Numbered from the stretch's first letter, positions 48,693 through 57,567 are shown. The stretch is 64,000 bases of DNA from Eubacteriales bacterium (GCA_045612185.1 JAZKYO010000030.1:159265-223264); one strand, 5' to 3'. The notes: a model not told the origin generated them from the sequence alone. Program-made: numbers and translations.

Positions 48693-50042
48693 TTATTTTC
48701 TGCCGTAAAGTCCGCCCGGCAATATGGTTACAAGCCCTTTAAGCTCAAGGGTTGAAAGTACCGACATTACCGTTCTGGAATCGTATCCCGCGCGACAAAG
48801 ATCCGCAAGACTTGCAAACCTTCCGATGGGAATTGCCTCGAAAATATCAGAATACTTTTTATCGAGAGACTTTAACACCTCTGCGGAATTATCCTTAAGG
48901 CCAGTCTCTCCTTTTTCACCCTCGCTCAAATCCTTTTTAAGCGTGGGAGGTTCTTCAAAATCAGGATATTCGGTATTACCTACCATTTTGTTGACTGTTG
49001 CGCCGTCAACCCGCTTTTTGGAATGAAGCAGTGCGGAAATCGAGCCTTCGGGCTTTCCCTCAAAGCTCCAATCTCCCTCCTCCACTCCGTGAGCCGCAAG
49101 CGCACCCGCTTTAAGCTCTGAACGCGCACCGACCCTCGAAAGAGCCGCCAAGTCTATACTTTCGCGGTAAATATACCTGTAATTTTCAAGAATATCCGCC
49201 GCGCAAGTAATTGGATTTGCGCCGTCTTTTATAAGTGAATTTGTTCCGTTTGAGGTAGGGTTATTAATGTTTCCGGGTAAAGCGAAAATGTCACGCCCCT
49301 GAAGTATTGCGTCCTTAGCAGTGATAAGCGCACCGCTACGTTCGTTCGCTTCAACAATAAGAGTTCCTTGCGAAAGTCCGCTTATCAGGCGGTTTCGGGT
49401 TGGAAAGCTACCGCGTGTAGGTGCCTCAAGAGGAGGATACTCCGACAAAAGCAAGCCTTTTTTCACAATATGCTCCGCAAGCTTTTTATGCTCGGTAGGG
49501 TATATGTGATCCACTCCGCTTCCAAGCACGGCAACGGTTTTTCCGCCCGCGTCCAGCGCACCGCAAGCCGCAACGGCGTCTATACCAAGTGCCATTCCGC
49601 TAACCACCACCGCACCCGCGGCGGCAAGCTCATAGCCTATTTTGTACGCTGACTGCCTGCCGTATTCAGTAAGCTTTCGCGTGCCCACCACACCTATACA
49701 GACCTTTCGGTCAAGCATTGACATATTTCCCTTAGCGTAAAGTATTACGGGCGGATTCTTCAAGTTCATCAGCATGGCGGGATACCCCTTTTCACCATAC
49801 TTAAGCAGTTCAATCCTGTTTTTGGCGCAATACTTTTCTATGTTGTAAGCTTTATCAAGACTTTTGTCAAGCAAGGCGTCCGTGCGTTTTAGCCCCACAC
49901 TTTTTCCAAACGAGTCAAGCTCGGATGCGTCAGCCGAATATATATTCTCGGGAGAACCGAAGTGCGAAAGCAATTCGACAAATCCGCTCTTGCCGGCTCC
50001 CATTTTCAGAGACAGCCAAATCCAATACAAATTCTTAGACAT
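48693..50042 (-). CDS. dprA: DNA processing protein DprA
   Basis: 449 aa. It has a Rossmann-like core (GVVGTRKLTEYG...SGMALGIDA...) and a C-terminal winged-helix-like end, joined by a long linker. Confidence 0.87.
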   Translation of the reverse strand: MSKNLYWIWLSLKMGAGKSGFVELLSHFGSPENIYSADASELDSFGKSVGLKRTDALLDKSLDKAYNIEKYCAKNRIELLKYGEKGYPAMLMNLKNPPVILYAKGNMSMLDRKVCIGVVGTRKLTEYGRQSAYKIGYELAAAGAVVVSGMALGIDAVAACGALDAGGKTVAVLGSGVDHIYPTEHKKLAEHIVKKGLLLSEYPPLEAPTRGSFPTRNRLISGLSQGTLIVEANERSGALITAKDAILQGRDIFALPGNINNPTSNGTNSLIKDGANPITCAADILENYRYIYRESIDLAALSRVGARSELKAGALAAHGVEEGDWSFEGKPEGSISALLHSKKRVDGATVNKMVGNTEYPDFEEPPTLKKDLSEGEKGETGLKDNSAEVLKSLDKKYSDIFEAIPIGRFASLADLCRAGYDSRTVMSVLSTLELKGLVTILPGGLYGRK

Positions 50043-50877
50043 AGTTACCCCTCTTGTACATATTCCACATTATAACCGAGGCTGCGATGGCGGCGTTAAG
50101 CGACTCGCTTCCTTCCTCCATCGGTATATACAAGCTCTTTCCGCAGGAGCTTATCACCGCCTGCGAAAGCCCGTGTCCCTCGTTACCTATAATAGCCGTA
50201 TCGCTTGGAGAAAACACCGTTTCATCAAGCCTTACAGCGTTTTTATCAAGGGCGGCGGCATAAACGGTTCTTCCGCTGCCCTTAAATATTTCGACAGTCT
50301 CAACCATATCCGCAACACGAAGTATTTGCGTCTTGAAAAGCGCACCCATTGCGCCTCTGAGCGTTTTTGGGTTATACACGTCGGCGCAATCGGCGCTCAA
50401 CACAAGCGCATTCACGCCAAAAGCCGCCGCGCTTCTGATAATCGTACCCATATTACCCGGGTCGCGCACAGATTCAAGCAAAATGACTCTGCGAGATTTA
50501 TCCTCAGCCAACGATTTAACGCTACGGATATCGGCTTTCAAATTATGCTTTTCAAGATACTCTGCAACGCATATGATTCCCTCGGGGGATTGCTCCTCAG
50601 AAACCTTTGAAAAAAGGTCGTCGGAAAGCAATGTAAGGCTTATATTTTCATATTTCATAGCGCTGTTTTTCAGCGTTTCAACAGCCCGTTCACGCTTGCT
50701 TTCACTCACGAGAACACGCAATATTTTAACGTCTTTTTCGAGAGCTTCCTCAAAAAGCTTAAAGCCGTCAAACCGAAAAGTTCCCGACTTTTCACGCGCC
50801 TTTTTATCAAGAAGCTTGACGGTGTCAACCACTATTCTGTTTTGTCTTGATGTAATGATTTCTTCCGCAATCTTCAT
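50035..50877 (-). CDS. TrmH/SpoU-family RNA 2'-O-methyltransferase
   Basis: 280 aa. It has SpoU motifs (...DPGNMGTIIRSAAAFG... and ...IIGNEGHGLS...). It overlaps dprA by 8 nt. Confidence 0.85.
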   Translation of the reverse strand: MKIAEEIITSRQNRIVVDTVKLLDKKAREKSGTFRFDGFKLFEEALEKDVKILRVLVSESKRERAVETLKNSAMKYENISLTLLSDDLFSKVSEEQSPEGIICVAEYLEKHNLKADIRSVKSLAEDKSRRVILLESVRDPGNMGTIIRSAAAFGVNALVLSADCADVYNPKTLRGAMGALFKTQILRVADMVETVEIFKGSGRTVYAAALDKNAVRLDETVFSPSDTAIIGNEGHGLSQAVISSCGKSLYIPMEEGSESLNAAIAASVIMWNMYKRGNYV

Positions 50878-50965
50878 AAAACGCCCTCAAAAATGTTGCA
50901 AAAATTTAACTTCATATTAATATATCAAGCATATTTCGGGGATTTTTGTCCCGCCATTAATACGA

Positions 50966-50995
50966 CAAAAACCCGACATCCCGTCGGGTTTTTTA
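50966..50995. terminator. Rho-independent terminator after rplT (bidirectional shape)
   Basis: Stem ACCCGAC / GTCGGGT flanked by A5 and T6. Confidence 0.8.
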
Positions 50996-51005
50996 TCATT
51001 CAGGC

Positions 51006-51359
51006 TTACAGAGCTGCCTTTGCCTTCTCAACGAGAGAAGCGAATGCCGCCTTATCGTAAACCGCGATCTCAGCGAGCATCTTTCTGTTAAGATCGATAC
51101 CTGCCTTCTTGAGACCGTTCATAAATGTAGAGTAGTTCATGCCGTTGTTCTTTGCCTCAGCAGAGATACGAGTGATCCAAAGACGACGGAAATCTCTCTT
51201 CTTCATCTTGCGGCCCGCAAATGCGTAATTGCCGCTCTTCATTACAGCCTGCTTAGCCATCTTGAAGTGCTTGGATTTTGCACCCCAATATCCCTTTGCA
51301 GCCTTGAGTACTTTATTTCTTCTCTTGCGCGTCATTACAGCGCCCTTAATTCTTGCCAT
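51006..51359 (-). CDS. rplT: 50S ribosomal protein L20
   Basis: 117 aa. [30 protein letters not shown].... Confidence 0.97.
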   Translation of the reverse strand: MARIKGAVMTRKRRNKVLKAAKGYWGAKSKHFKMAKQAVMKSGNYAFAGRKMKKRDFRRLWITRISAEAKNNGMNYSTFMNGLKKAGIDLNRKMLAEIAVYDKAAFASLVEKAKAAL

Positions 51360-51391
51360 TTTCTATTTCCTCCTAATATATTTTTGGTAGA

Positions 51392-51586
51392 TTACTTCTG
51401 GATCATTGCCTTGATGTTTGCTGCCATAGCCTCGCTGAGGTATGCACCTGTGCGAAGGTGTCTCTTACGCTTAGCAGTCTTGAGACCGAGGTTGTGGCGG
51501 TGGTGGCAATGGTTAATCTTAACCTTTCCGTTAGCGGTAACAGAAAATCTCTTTGCAGAGGCTTTATGTGTCTTGATCTTTCCCAT
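51392..51586 (-). CDS. rpmI: 50S ribosomal protein L35
   Basis: 64 aa. MGKIKTHKASAKRFSVTANGKVK.... Confidence 0.95.
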   Translation of the reverse strand: MGKIKTHKASAKRFSVTANGKVKINHCHHRHNLGLKTAKRKRHLRTGAYLSEAMAANIKAMIQK

Positions 51587-51692
51587 GATTTTTGTCTCCT
51601 TTACTGTTTTTTCAAACCCCGAAAATCACAACCGAGGTCTGCTGTTAAAATTTATCATACACCCGCTCTCACGGGCGGTTATGACTCTGAAA

Positions 51693-52220
51693 TTATTTTT
51701 TAGCGGGCTTTACCGGTGCGAGAATCATGCTCATAAATCTGCCGTCAAGCACAGGCTTTTTATCGGCTGTACCGTACTCAGCGCATGCTTCCTCAAATTT
51801 TGTCATAATTTCGCTACCCATAGCTACGTGGCTGATTTCTCTTCCCTTGAAGCGAAGAACTACTCTAACCTTGTTTCCGTCACTCAGAAATCTCACTGCG
51901 TGCTTGACCTTTGTCTCAAAATCGTGAGTATCGATTCTGTAAGAAAGTTGGATTTCTTTAACCTCTACCACTTGCTGCTTTTTGCGTGCTTCTTTTTCAC
52001 GCTTCTCGCACTCAAAACGGTATTTGCCGTAGTCCATTATCTTACATACGGGCGGCTCTGCGTTGGGCGCCATCATAACAAGGTCGTATCCCTCGTCGTA
52101 AGCTTTGCTGAGCGCATCGTCGCTGCTCATTATTCCAAGTTGCTCACCGTCAGGTCCGATAACTCTGATTTGCTTTTCCTTAATAGCTTCATTGATCTGC
52201 ACTTCTTTTGCGTTGCTGAT
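51693..52220 (-). CDS. infC: Translation initiation factor IF-3 (non-AUG, probable ATC start)
   Basis: ISNAKEVQINEAIKEKQIRVIGPDGEQLGI... aligns with IF-3 from residue 1. GGAGGTG lies 7 nt upstream of the ATC at 52220. The ATG-initiated track ORF would read through the leader terminator. Confidence 0.88.
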   Translation of the reverse strand: MSNAKEVQINEAIKEKQIRVIGPDGEQLGIMSSDDALSKAYDEGYDLVMMAPNAEPPVCKIMDYGKYRFECEKREKEARKKQQVVEVKEIQLSYRIDTHDFETKVKHAVRFLSDGNKVRVVLRFKGREISHVAMGSEIMTKFEEACAEYGTADKKPVLDGRFMSMILAPVKPAKK

Positions 52221-52387
52221 AGGTGTACACCTCCAAAAAATATTTGGCTTAAAAAACAAAAGCCCGCGAAGCATAAAAACTCCGCGCGCAAAGCACACCC
52301 ACAGTACACCCATGGGGCTTTAAATATCAACCGTATACACACAGAAGCGATACGGTGAGAACGGAGAGTTCTGCTTCTTACCCGATG
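52221..52387 (-). promoter_or_regulatory. infC leader with an intrinsic terminator (L20-leader-like attenuator)
   Basis: The ~165-nt 5' UTR contains a hairpin GCGCGCGGAG / CTTCGCGGGC (complement of 52261-52289). On the minus strand it is followed by TTTTGTTTTTT, about 30 nt before the infC RBS. Confidence 0.5.
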
Positions 52388-52416
52388 ATTTTACCACATT
52401 TCATCGTGTTTGTCAA
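52388..52416 (-). promoter_or_regulatory. Sigma-70-type promoter for infC-rpmI-rplT
   Basis: The minus strand reads TTGACA (52416-52411), a 17-nt spacer ending in TGG, then TAAAAT (52393-52388). Confidence 0.62.
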
Positions 52417-52433
52417 TAGTTTTGGCAAAAAAA

Positions 52434-53018
52434 TTATTTTATTTTTTGATTTTCAAATTCATTGTGCAAAATCGAGCAAACACCGATATCCACGTATCGG
52501 CTTTTTATAAGCATTGACGAGCGAGCGACTCCCTCGAATTTCATACCCAGTTTTTCCATAACGCGTTTTGACGCTGAGTTGCCGACAATATATTTAGCCT
52601 CAATCCGGTTAAGCCCCAAGACGTTGAATCCGAAATCAACCACCTTCAAAGCAGCCTCGGGCGCAATGCCCCTTCCTCGGTATTTAGGATTCAAAACATA
52701 TCCTATCTCGGCAGAGTCGTGCTGAGAGTAAATATTGGTAAACCCGCAAGTACCTATCATTTTGTTTTCTTCCTTAAGCACAACCGCCCAATCGTAAAAA
52801 CTACCGAGTGCGTAATGGTTTTTCAGATTTTTCAGATATTCTTTCGTATATTCAAGATCCTCGTGAGGATACCACGACAAAAACTCAGTCACCTCCGGCT
52901 TGCGGGAATATTCGTACATATCAAAGCAATCCGAAACAGCAAGCCCCCTGAGAATAAGGCGTTCGGTTTCAAGAGTGGGAATATTGGAAAACACATCAAC
53001 CAGTTTCTGAAAATTCAT
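52434..53018 (-). CDS. GNAT-family N-acetyltransferase (RimJ/RimL-like)
   Basis: ETERLILRGL...YVLNPKYRGRGIAPEA...N.ASKRVMEKLGMKFEG. I set the start at the ATG at 53018 (MNFQKLVD). Confidence 0.8.
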   Translation of the reverse strand: MNFQKLVDVFSNIPTLETERLILRGLAVSDCFDMYEYSRKPEVTEFLSWYPHEDLEYTKEYLKNLKNHYALGSFYDWAVVLKEENKMIGTCGFTNIYSQHDSAEIGYVLNPKYRGRGIAPEAALKVVDFGFNVLGLNRIEAKYIVGNSASKRVMEKLGMKFEGVARSSMLIKSRYVDIGVCSILHNEFENQKIK

Positions 53019-53159
53019 CTTTGTCCTCGCATCAATCGTTCTTGACACAATTATACTACATATCGCGTAAAAATTCAACTAAATTTGCAAAAAAGTATTG
53101 ATTTTTTTGCAATTATATGGCATAATGAATACAATACCATTTATTCAAGGTGTGCATTT

Positions 53160-54005
53160 ATGTTAATTTCAAAATACGCGAACGAAAATCTTAACGTGCG
53201 CCACAGCATTGATCCTGAACCAACGCAGGACAGCTTTTTTCTGCATGCCCACAGAACCTATGAGCTATTCTACTTTATTTCCGGCGATTGCTACTATACG
53301 GTAGAAGGCACAGACTATCCACTCACCCCGGGATGCATACTGATAATGAGAAGCGGAGAGGCGCACACACTTCACGTCCGTTCGGAAAAGCCGTATGAGC
53401 GCATAACTGTAAATTTTGCGCCCTCAATAATCCCATTTTTGGGAAAAGAAATAGGAGAGCTTTTCTGCGAGAGGCCGCTTGGAAAAGGAAATCTTTACAT
53501 TCCAACCGACGAAACAACTGAGTTTCTAAAAACCTGTATGCTGAAAATCAGCAAGGAAACCGGAGCAGACAACGGTGAGGGGCGTATAATTTCCAATCTG
53601 ATGCCGGTGCTTACTGAGCTTTATCATATTATGGAAGAAAATGCAGACGATATGACAAGGCTCAATCCCCCGTCGCAAGGCTCGTCGGAGACGGTGAGCA
53701 AGATTATTGAGTATATCAACGCAAATCTTGTAACGATAAAAGGGCTTGACGAGTTGGAAAAGGAATTTTTCTTCAGCAAATCCTATATAAACCGTATTTT
53801 CAAGGAATCCACCGGCTCTTCGGTGTGGGATTACATAGTACTAAAGCGGCTTTTACTGTCACGCTCGCTTTTGCAAAACGGAAAGCAGGCAAATATCGTT
53901 GCCTCCGAGTGCGGATTCTGCGATTATTCATCATTTTACCGGCAATTTAAGCAGCGATTTGGCATCTCACCTCTTGCGGCGCGTAAGACGCCAAGCGGGA
54001 CCTGA
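53160..54005 (+). CDS. AraC-family transcriptional regulator (cupin sensor plus HTH)
   Basis: The N-terminal cupin region is HAHRTYELFYFISGD, and the C-terminal AraC HTH is ...SKSYINRIFKESTGSSVWDYI...CGFCDYSSFYRQFKQRFG. I took the ATG at 53160 as the start. Confidence 0.8.
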   Translation: MLISKYANENLNVRHSIDPEPTQDSFFLHAHRTYELFYFISGDCYYTVEGTDYPLTPGCILIMRSGEAHTLHVRSEKPYERITVNFAPSIIPFLGKEIGELFCERPLGKGNLYIPTDETTEFLKTCMLKISKETGADNGEGRIISNLMPVLTELYHIMEENADDMTRLNPPSQGSSETVSKIIEYINANLVTIKGLDELEKEFFFSKSYINRIFKESTGSSVWDYIVLKRLLLSRSLLQNGKQANIVASECGFCDYSSFYRQFKQRFGISPLAARKTPSGT

Positions 54006-54118
54006 CAACTTTTGTCCTCCTGATAACCAAATCCGTCTCGCAAACAAATTTTAAGTTTTCAGAATATATATTTTGAAATATATAATTATAATCTTTTCGA
54101 AAAAGGAAGGTGCATTTT

Positions 54119-54862
54119 ATGAAAAAAATCAGAGTTACAATCTGGAACGAATTCAGACATGAAAAGAAAAAGCCCAACGTTGCGGCACTTTACCCCAACG
54201 GACTTCACGCAACGATAGCCGAATTTCTCGGTGAGTGTGATGACATCGAAACAACTCTCGCAGCGCTTGACGATCCCGATCAGGGTCTTCCGGATGAGGT
54301 ACTCAACAACACTGACGTACTTATCTGGTGGGGTCATGCAGCACACCACGAGGTAAATGATGCGCTCGCTGACAAGATAAAAGACAGAGTTTACACAGGA
54401 AAGATGGGATTTATTGCGCTCCACTCAGCGCACAAGTCGAAGCCGTTCACAAGAATTGTAGGAACAAACGGAAATCTTTCATGGGGCAGAAACCAAAAAG
54501 AGGTAGTCTGGAATCTTCTCCCCTCCAGCCCCATTACAGCAGGTATCCCCGACCACTTTATTCTTGAGGAAGAGGAGCTTTACAGCGAACCCTTCTACAT
54601 TCCCCAGCCCGATGCGCTTGTTTTCGGAAGTTGGTTTGAGGACGGAAATATTTTCAGAAGCGGTGCTTGCTTCCTTCGCGGCGCCGGTAAGATATTCTAC
54701 TTCCAGCCCGGTCACGAAACCTGCAAGTCTTTCTATAATCCCTACGTTCAGCGCGTAATCAAGAACGCAGTACACTGGGCAGTTCCCAATGAGATAGGCT
54801 TTGAGCTTAACGACATCTGTCCTCAATACAAGAACAAGATTATAGACGAATTTCAAAATTAA
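54119..54862 (+). CDS. ThuA-like (trehalose utilisation protein A family) protein
   Basis: MKKIRVTIWNEFRHEKK...VLIWWGHAAH...GFIALHSAH.... The RBS AGGAAGG lies 8 nt upstream of the ATG at 54119. Confidence 0.78.
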   Translation: MKKIRVTIWNEFRHEKKKPNVAALYPNGLHATIAEFLGECDDIETTLAALDDPDQGLPDEVLNNTDVLIWWGHAAHHEVNDALADKIKDRVYTGKMGFIALHSAHKSKPFTRIVGTNGNLSWGRNQKEVVWNLLPSSPITAGIPDHFILEEEELYSEPFYIPQPDALVFGSWFEDGNIFRSGACFLRGAGKIFYFQPGHETCKSFYNPYVQRVIKNAVHWAVPNEIGFELNDICPQYKNKIIDEFQN

Positions 54863-54876
54863 TCGATATTAAAATT

Positions 54877-54907
54877 AAAAAAAGCTGTTGCATAGCAACA
54901 GCTTTTT
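54877..54907. terminator. Bidirectional Rho-independent terminator
   Basis: Stem AGCTGTTGC / GCAACAGCT flanked by A6 and T5. Confidence 0.8.
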
Positions 54908-54913
54908 CCATAT

Positions 54914-55552
54914 TTAAGCGTGTTCTTTTTGTTCTTTTTGTTCTTTTTTCATTTTTTCCCAGTTGTAAAAGCCATAAAGGTCGTTAGCCAGAAACATAAC
55001 AAAGCAAAGCACCATTGGAAGGTATGAAACACTTTCAACGGTTGCCATTATCCACAGCACGATAAGCACAACGTCGTTTACGGCATAGGCGAGGGCGTAA
55101 AACGGACTTCTGAAAAAGGCAAACATAGAGGCGAGAAAGCTGGTAGCGACCGAAAGTGTGCTAACAAGCAAATTTGCGTTTCCAAGCGCGCCGAGAATGA
55201 AATAAAAAGCTACCGTTACAACAAGTGATCCCCCACATGAAACTACTATCTGCCACAAACTCATCACGTTTACCTCAACCTCTTTGCGGTCTTTATAAGG
55301 GTGACGCAACCATGACACCACCGACATAAGCGCCGCGGGCGCGCTCATGCAGAGATATGTTATCATTTCTCCGTAGTATCTGAAGAAGAACGAAACAACA
55401 CCGTAAAACATAGCGAACACAACCGTAAGCGTTTGTCCGAGAACGTATCCCTTAGCCACGAAAATAAGGGCGGTAACTCCGATAAGTGAGGCGATAAGCG
55501 TCATATAATCCTTTTCTTTCGGAAACAAAAAAGACAGTGTTATAACAAGCAC
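54914..55552 (-). CDS. pnuC: PnuC-like nicotinamide riboside / vitamin transporter
   Basis: A polytopic membrane protein with a PnuC-like C-terminus (...FLANDLYGFYNWEKM) and ...VVSWLRHPYKD.... The start is uncertain: either the GTG at 55552 (track) or the ATG at 55504 (MTLIASL...). Confidence 0.68.
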   Translation of the reverse strand: MLVITLSFLFPKEKDYMTLIASLIGVTALIFVAKGYVLGQTLTVVFAMFYGVVSFFFRYYGEMITYLCMSAPAALMSVVSWLRHPYKDRKEVEVNVMSLWQIVVSCGGSLVVTVAFYFILGALGNANLLVSTLSVATSFLASMFAFFRSPFYALAYAVNDVVLIVLWIMATVESVSYLPMVLCFVMFLANDLYGFYNWEKMKKEQKEQKEHA

Positions 55553-55717
55553 AGACGTCAGCCACAGCCCCCACTAAAATTTACTCAAATCACGAAATTG
55601 CGAAAAAAACTTCATAAAGCCTCCAAAAAAATAAGCATCCGCACGCGAATCTTCAAAGACCTAACGACTCGCAAACGAATGCAACGCATCCACTACCCGG
55701 TGGCAGTAATTTTGTTA
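55553..55717 (-). promoter_or_regulatory. pnuC leader: small hairpin plus a 17-bp terminator hairpin with a U-tract, then a 13-codon mini-ORF
   Basis: Read on the minus strand. The hairpin is CCACCGGGTAGTGG (55703-55690). The terminator is GCATTCGTTTGCGAGTC...GATTCGCGTGCGGATGC (55682-55635) followed by TTATTTTTTT. After it come GGAGG and ATG...TAG (55615-55574, MKFFSQFRDLSKF). Confidence 0.4.
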
Positions 55718-55746
55718 AGTATATCATAAAAAGCTTACTTTGTCAA
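55718..55746 (-). promoter_or_regulatory. Sigma-70-type promoter for the pnuC leader
   Basis: The minus strand reads TTGACA (55746-55741), a 17-nt spacer, then TATACT (55723-55718). Confidence 0.55.
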
Positions 55747-55781
55747 GCAAAAAAATCAACGTCTTTTAGTGTTGATCAAAA

Positions 55782-55815
55782 AGAAGGAGCTGTCCACAAG
55801 GACAGCTCTTTTTTT
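55782..55815 (-). terminator. Rho-independent terminator after the DUF1295 gene
   Basis: Stem GAGCTGTCC / GGACAGCTC with a 4-nt loop and T-rich runs on both strands. Confidence 0.72.
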
Positions 55816-56623
55816 ACGCCACGAGAAATTTGTATTTAACCACACTGTACAGTGGAATAAACGGAAGAAGAATAGGCACTTTTTTTACGTATTCCTTATA
55901 TTCGGGATCGTCTCCGTAGTTTCGGTTTTGTCTCAGCTCAAGACGGCGCGCGCCGCTGAACATTACAAATATTATTCCTACGTATCCAAGAATGGCGAGT
56001 ATCCACTGACCAACTCCGCTAAGCACGTTTACGCCCGACACAAGGCAGCCCGTCCAGAATATCATTTCTCCCAAATAATTGGGGCAACGGACTATACGGT
56101 AAAGACCTTTATCGCAGAATCTGTTGGGGTTCTTTTTCTTAGCCTCGTTCTTTTGCCAATCGGCAACTGACTCAAAAACAAGTCCAAACGCCATTATACA
56201 AATGCCGACGATTGTACACACATCTGTGTCCGCACCGTTACGCAAACGGTAAAACACAGGAAGCACCTGCGTTACGTAGAGTGCGGCGCAGGTTATCCAT
56301 ATGGCGCACTTTACGCCAAAGGGCATTGTTTTGCCGTCTTTTATCTCGGTTTTCATTTTGTTTCTGTACGATGCGCTTTTAAGCTCACGGATAAGCAAAT
56401 ATCCGCTAAGGCGTATTCCGTAAACGACAAAAAGCAGGCATGCCGCAACCGTACCCACACTCAGCGAGCCGAAGAACATTATTACCATTGCCACGCCAAG
56501 CCCCGCAATAGAAAATCCGTATCCTAACGAAATAAAATAAACGTACTTATAAAATCCTATTGAGCTTATAAGCATAGCCACCGCAAGCAGTATCCAAAAA
56601 TTCAGTGGTGCAAAAAGTTCCAT
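55814..56623 (-). CDS. DUF1295 / steroid-5-alpha-reductase-like membrane protein
   Basis: A polytopic membrane protein with ...GLYRIVRCPNYLGEMIFWTG.... I chose the ATG at 56623 (MELFAPL), behind a strong AAGGAG RBS. The ATG at 56644 is an alternative. Confidence 0.7.
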   Translation of the reverse strand: MELFAPLNFWILLAVAMLISSIGFYKYVYFISLGYGFSIAGLGVAMVIMFFGSLSVGTVAACLLFVVYGIRLSGYLLIRELKSASYRNKMKTEIKDGKTMPFGVKCAIWITCAALYVTQVLPVFYRLRNGADTDVCTIVGICIMAFGLVFESVADWQKNEAKKKNPNRFCDKGLYRIVRCPNYLGEMIFWTGCLVSGVNVLSGVGQWILAILGYVGIIFVMFSGARRLELRQNRNYGDDPEYKEYVKKVPILLPFIPLYSVVKYKFLVA

Positions 56624-56720
56624 AAAAGTCTCCTTAAAAAGCATATTACTCCGTATATTATATCACATATTATATCACACGCGCAGGAAAATTTCAAGGA
56701 GATTTAAATAATAAAATCCC

Positions 56721-56748
56721 TTGACAAATTTTTCAAACATGTTATAAT
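56721..56748 (+). promoter_or_regulatory. Candidate promoter for the MBL-fold hydrolase gene
   Basis: TTGACA (56721-56726), a 16-nt spacer, then an extended -10 TGTTATAAT (TATAAT at 56743-56748). Confidence 0.55.
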
Positions 56749-56782
56749 TACAGCATAATGACACTGTTAAAGGAGAAAAATA

Positions 56783-57535
56783 ATGAAAATAACATTTTTC
56801 GGCAGCAGCCACGGAGTTCCCGCCCCCGACCGCTTCTGCTCCTGTGCTATGATTGAGGCTGGAGACGGTATTTATTTTATTGACGCGGGAGCACCAATGA
56901 TCGACCTTATGTTAAGGTACGGAAAAAAAATTGAGGATGCACGTGCGGTATTCACCACTCACGCTCACGGAGATCACATAAACGGCATTATTGGCTTTGC
57001 GAACCTTATAAACTGGCACTACACTAAGGCTTCCGTTGATTTGTTTATGACCGAAGAAAAGCCCACCAAGGCTATTGTAGACTATCTTGAAGCGTTAGAC
57101 GCGCGCCCGATTGACAGCGACAGAGTGCGTTTTAAGCAAATCGACAAGGATTTTGTTTACGAGGACAGCAACATAAAGGTAACAGCCTTCCCTACGGGAC
57201 ACATGAGATACAACAATTCCCCGTCTCGCCCCACGTACGGATACATTGTGGAAGCGGACGGCAAGCGTGCGGTATTTTCGGGTGACCTGTCCATGCACCT
57301 GCGTGACGGCGACTTTCCCGAAATTGCCCTTAAAGAAGAGGTTGAGCTTCTCGTCTGCGAAATGGCGCATTTTTCGCCCGACAAGATTACGCCGTACCTT
57401 GACAGGTGCAAGGCAAAAACGGTTTGCTTTAACCACGTATACCCATTTGACAAATTCGACGTGATAACTGAAATGAACAAAAAGTATCCTTTTGAGGTTA
57501 CCATAGCTCACGACGGAGACGAAATAAATATTTAA
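56783..57535 (+). CDS. Metallo-beta-lactamase-fold hydrolase
   Basis: 250 aa with the HxHxDH motif (THAHGDHINGI). An AAAGGAG RBS is present. Confidence 0.8.
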   Translation: MKITFFGSSHGVPAPDRFCSCAMIEAGDGIYFIDAGAPMIDLMLRYGKKIEDARAVFTTHAHGDHINGIIGFANLINWHYTKASVDLFMTEEKPTKAIVDYLEALDARPIDSDRVRFKQIDKDFVYEDSNIKVTAFPTGHMRYNNSPSRPTYGYIVEADGKRAVFSGDLSMHLRDGDFPEIALKEEVELLVCEMAHFSPDKITPYLDRCKAKTVCFNHVYPFDKFDVITEMNKKYPFEVTIAHDGDEINI

Positions 57536-57567
57536 AGCCCTATACCGCGCCAAATTGTAAAAAGCAG

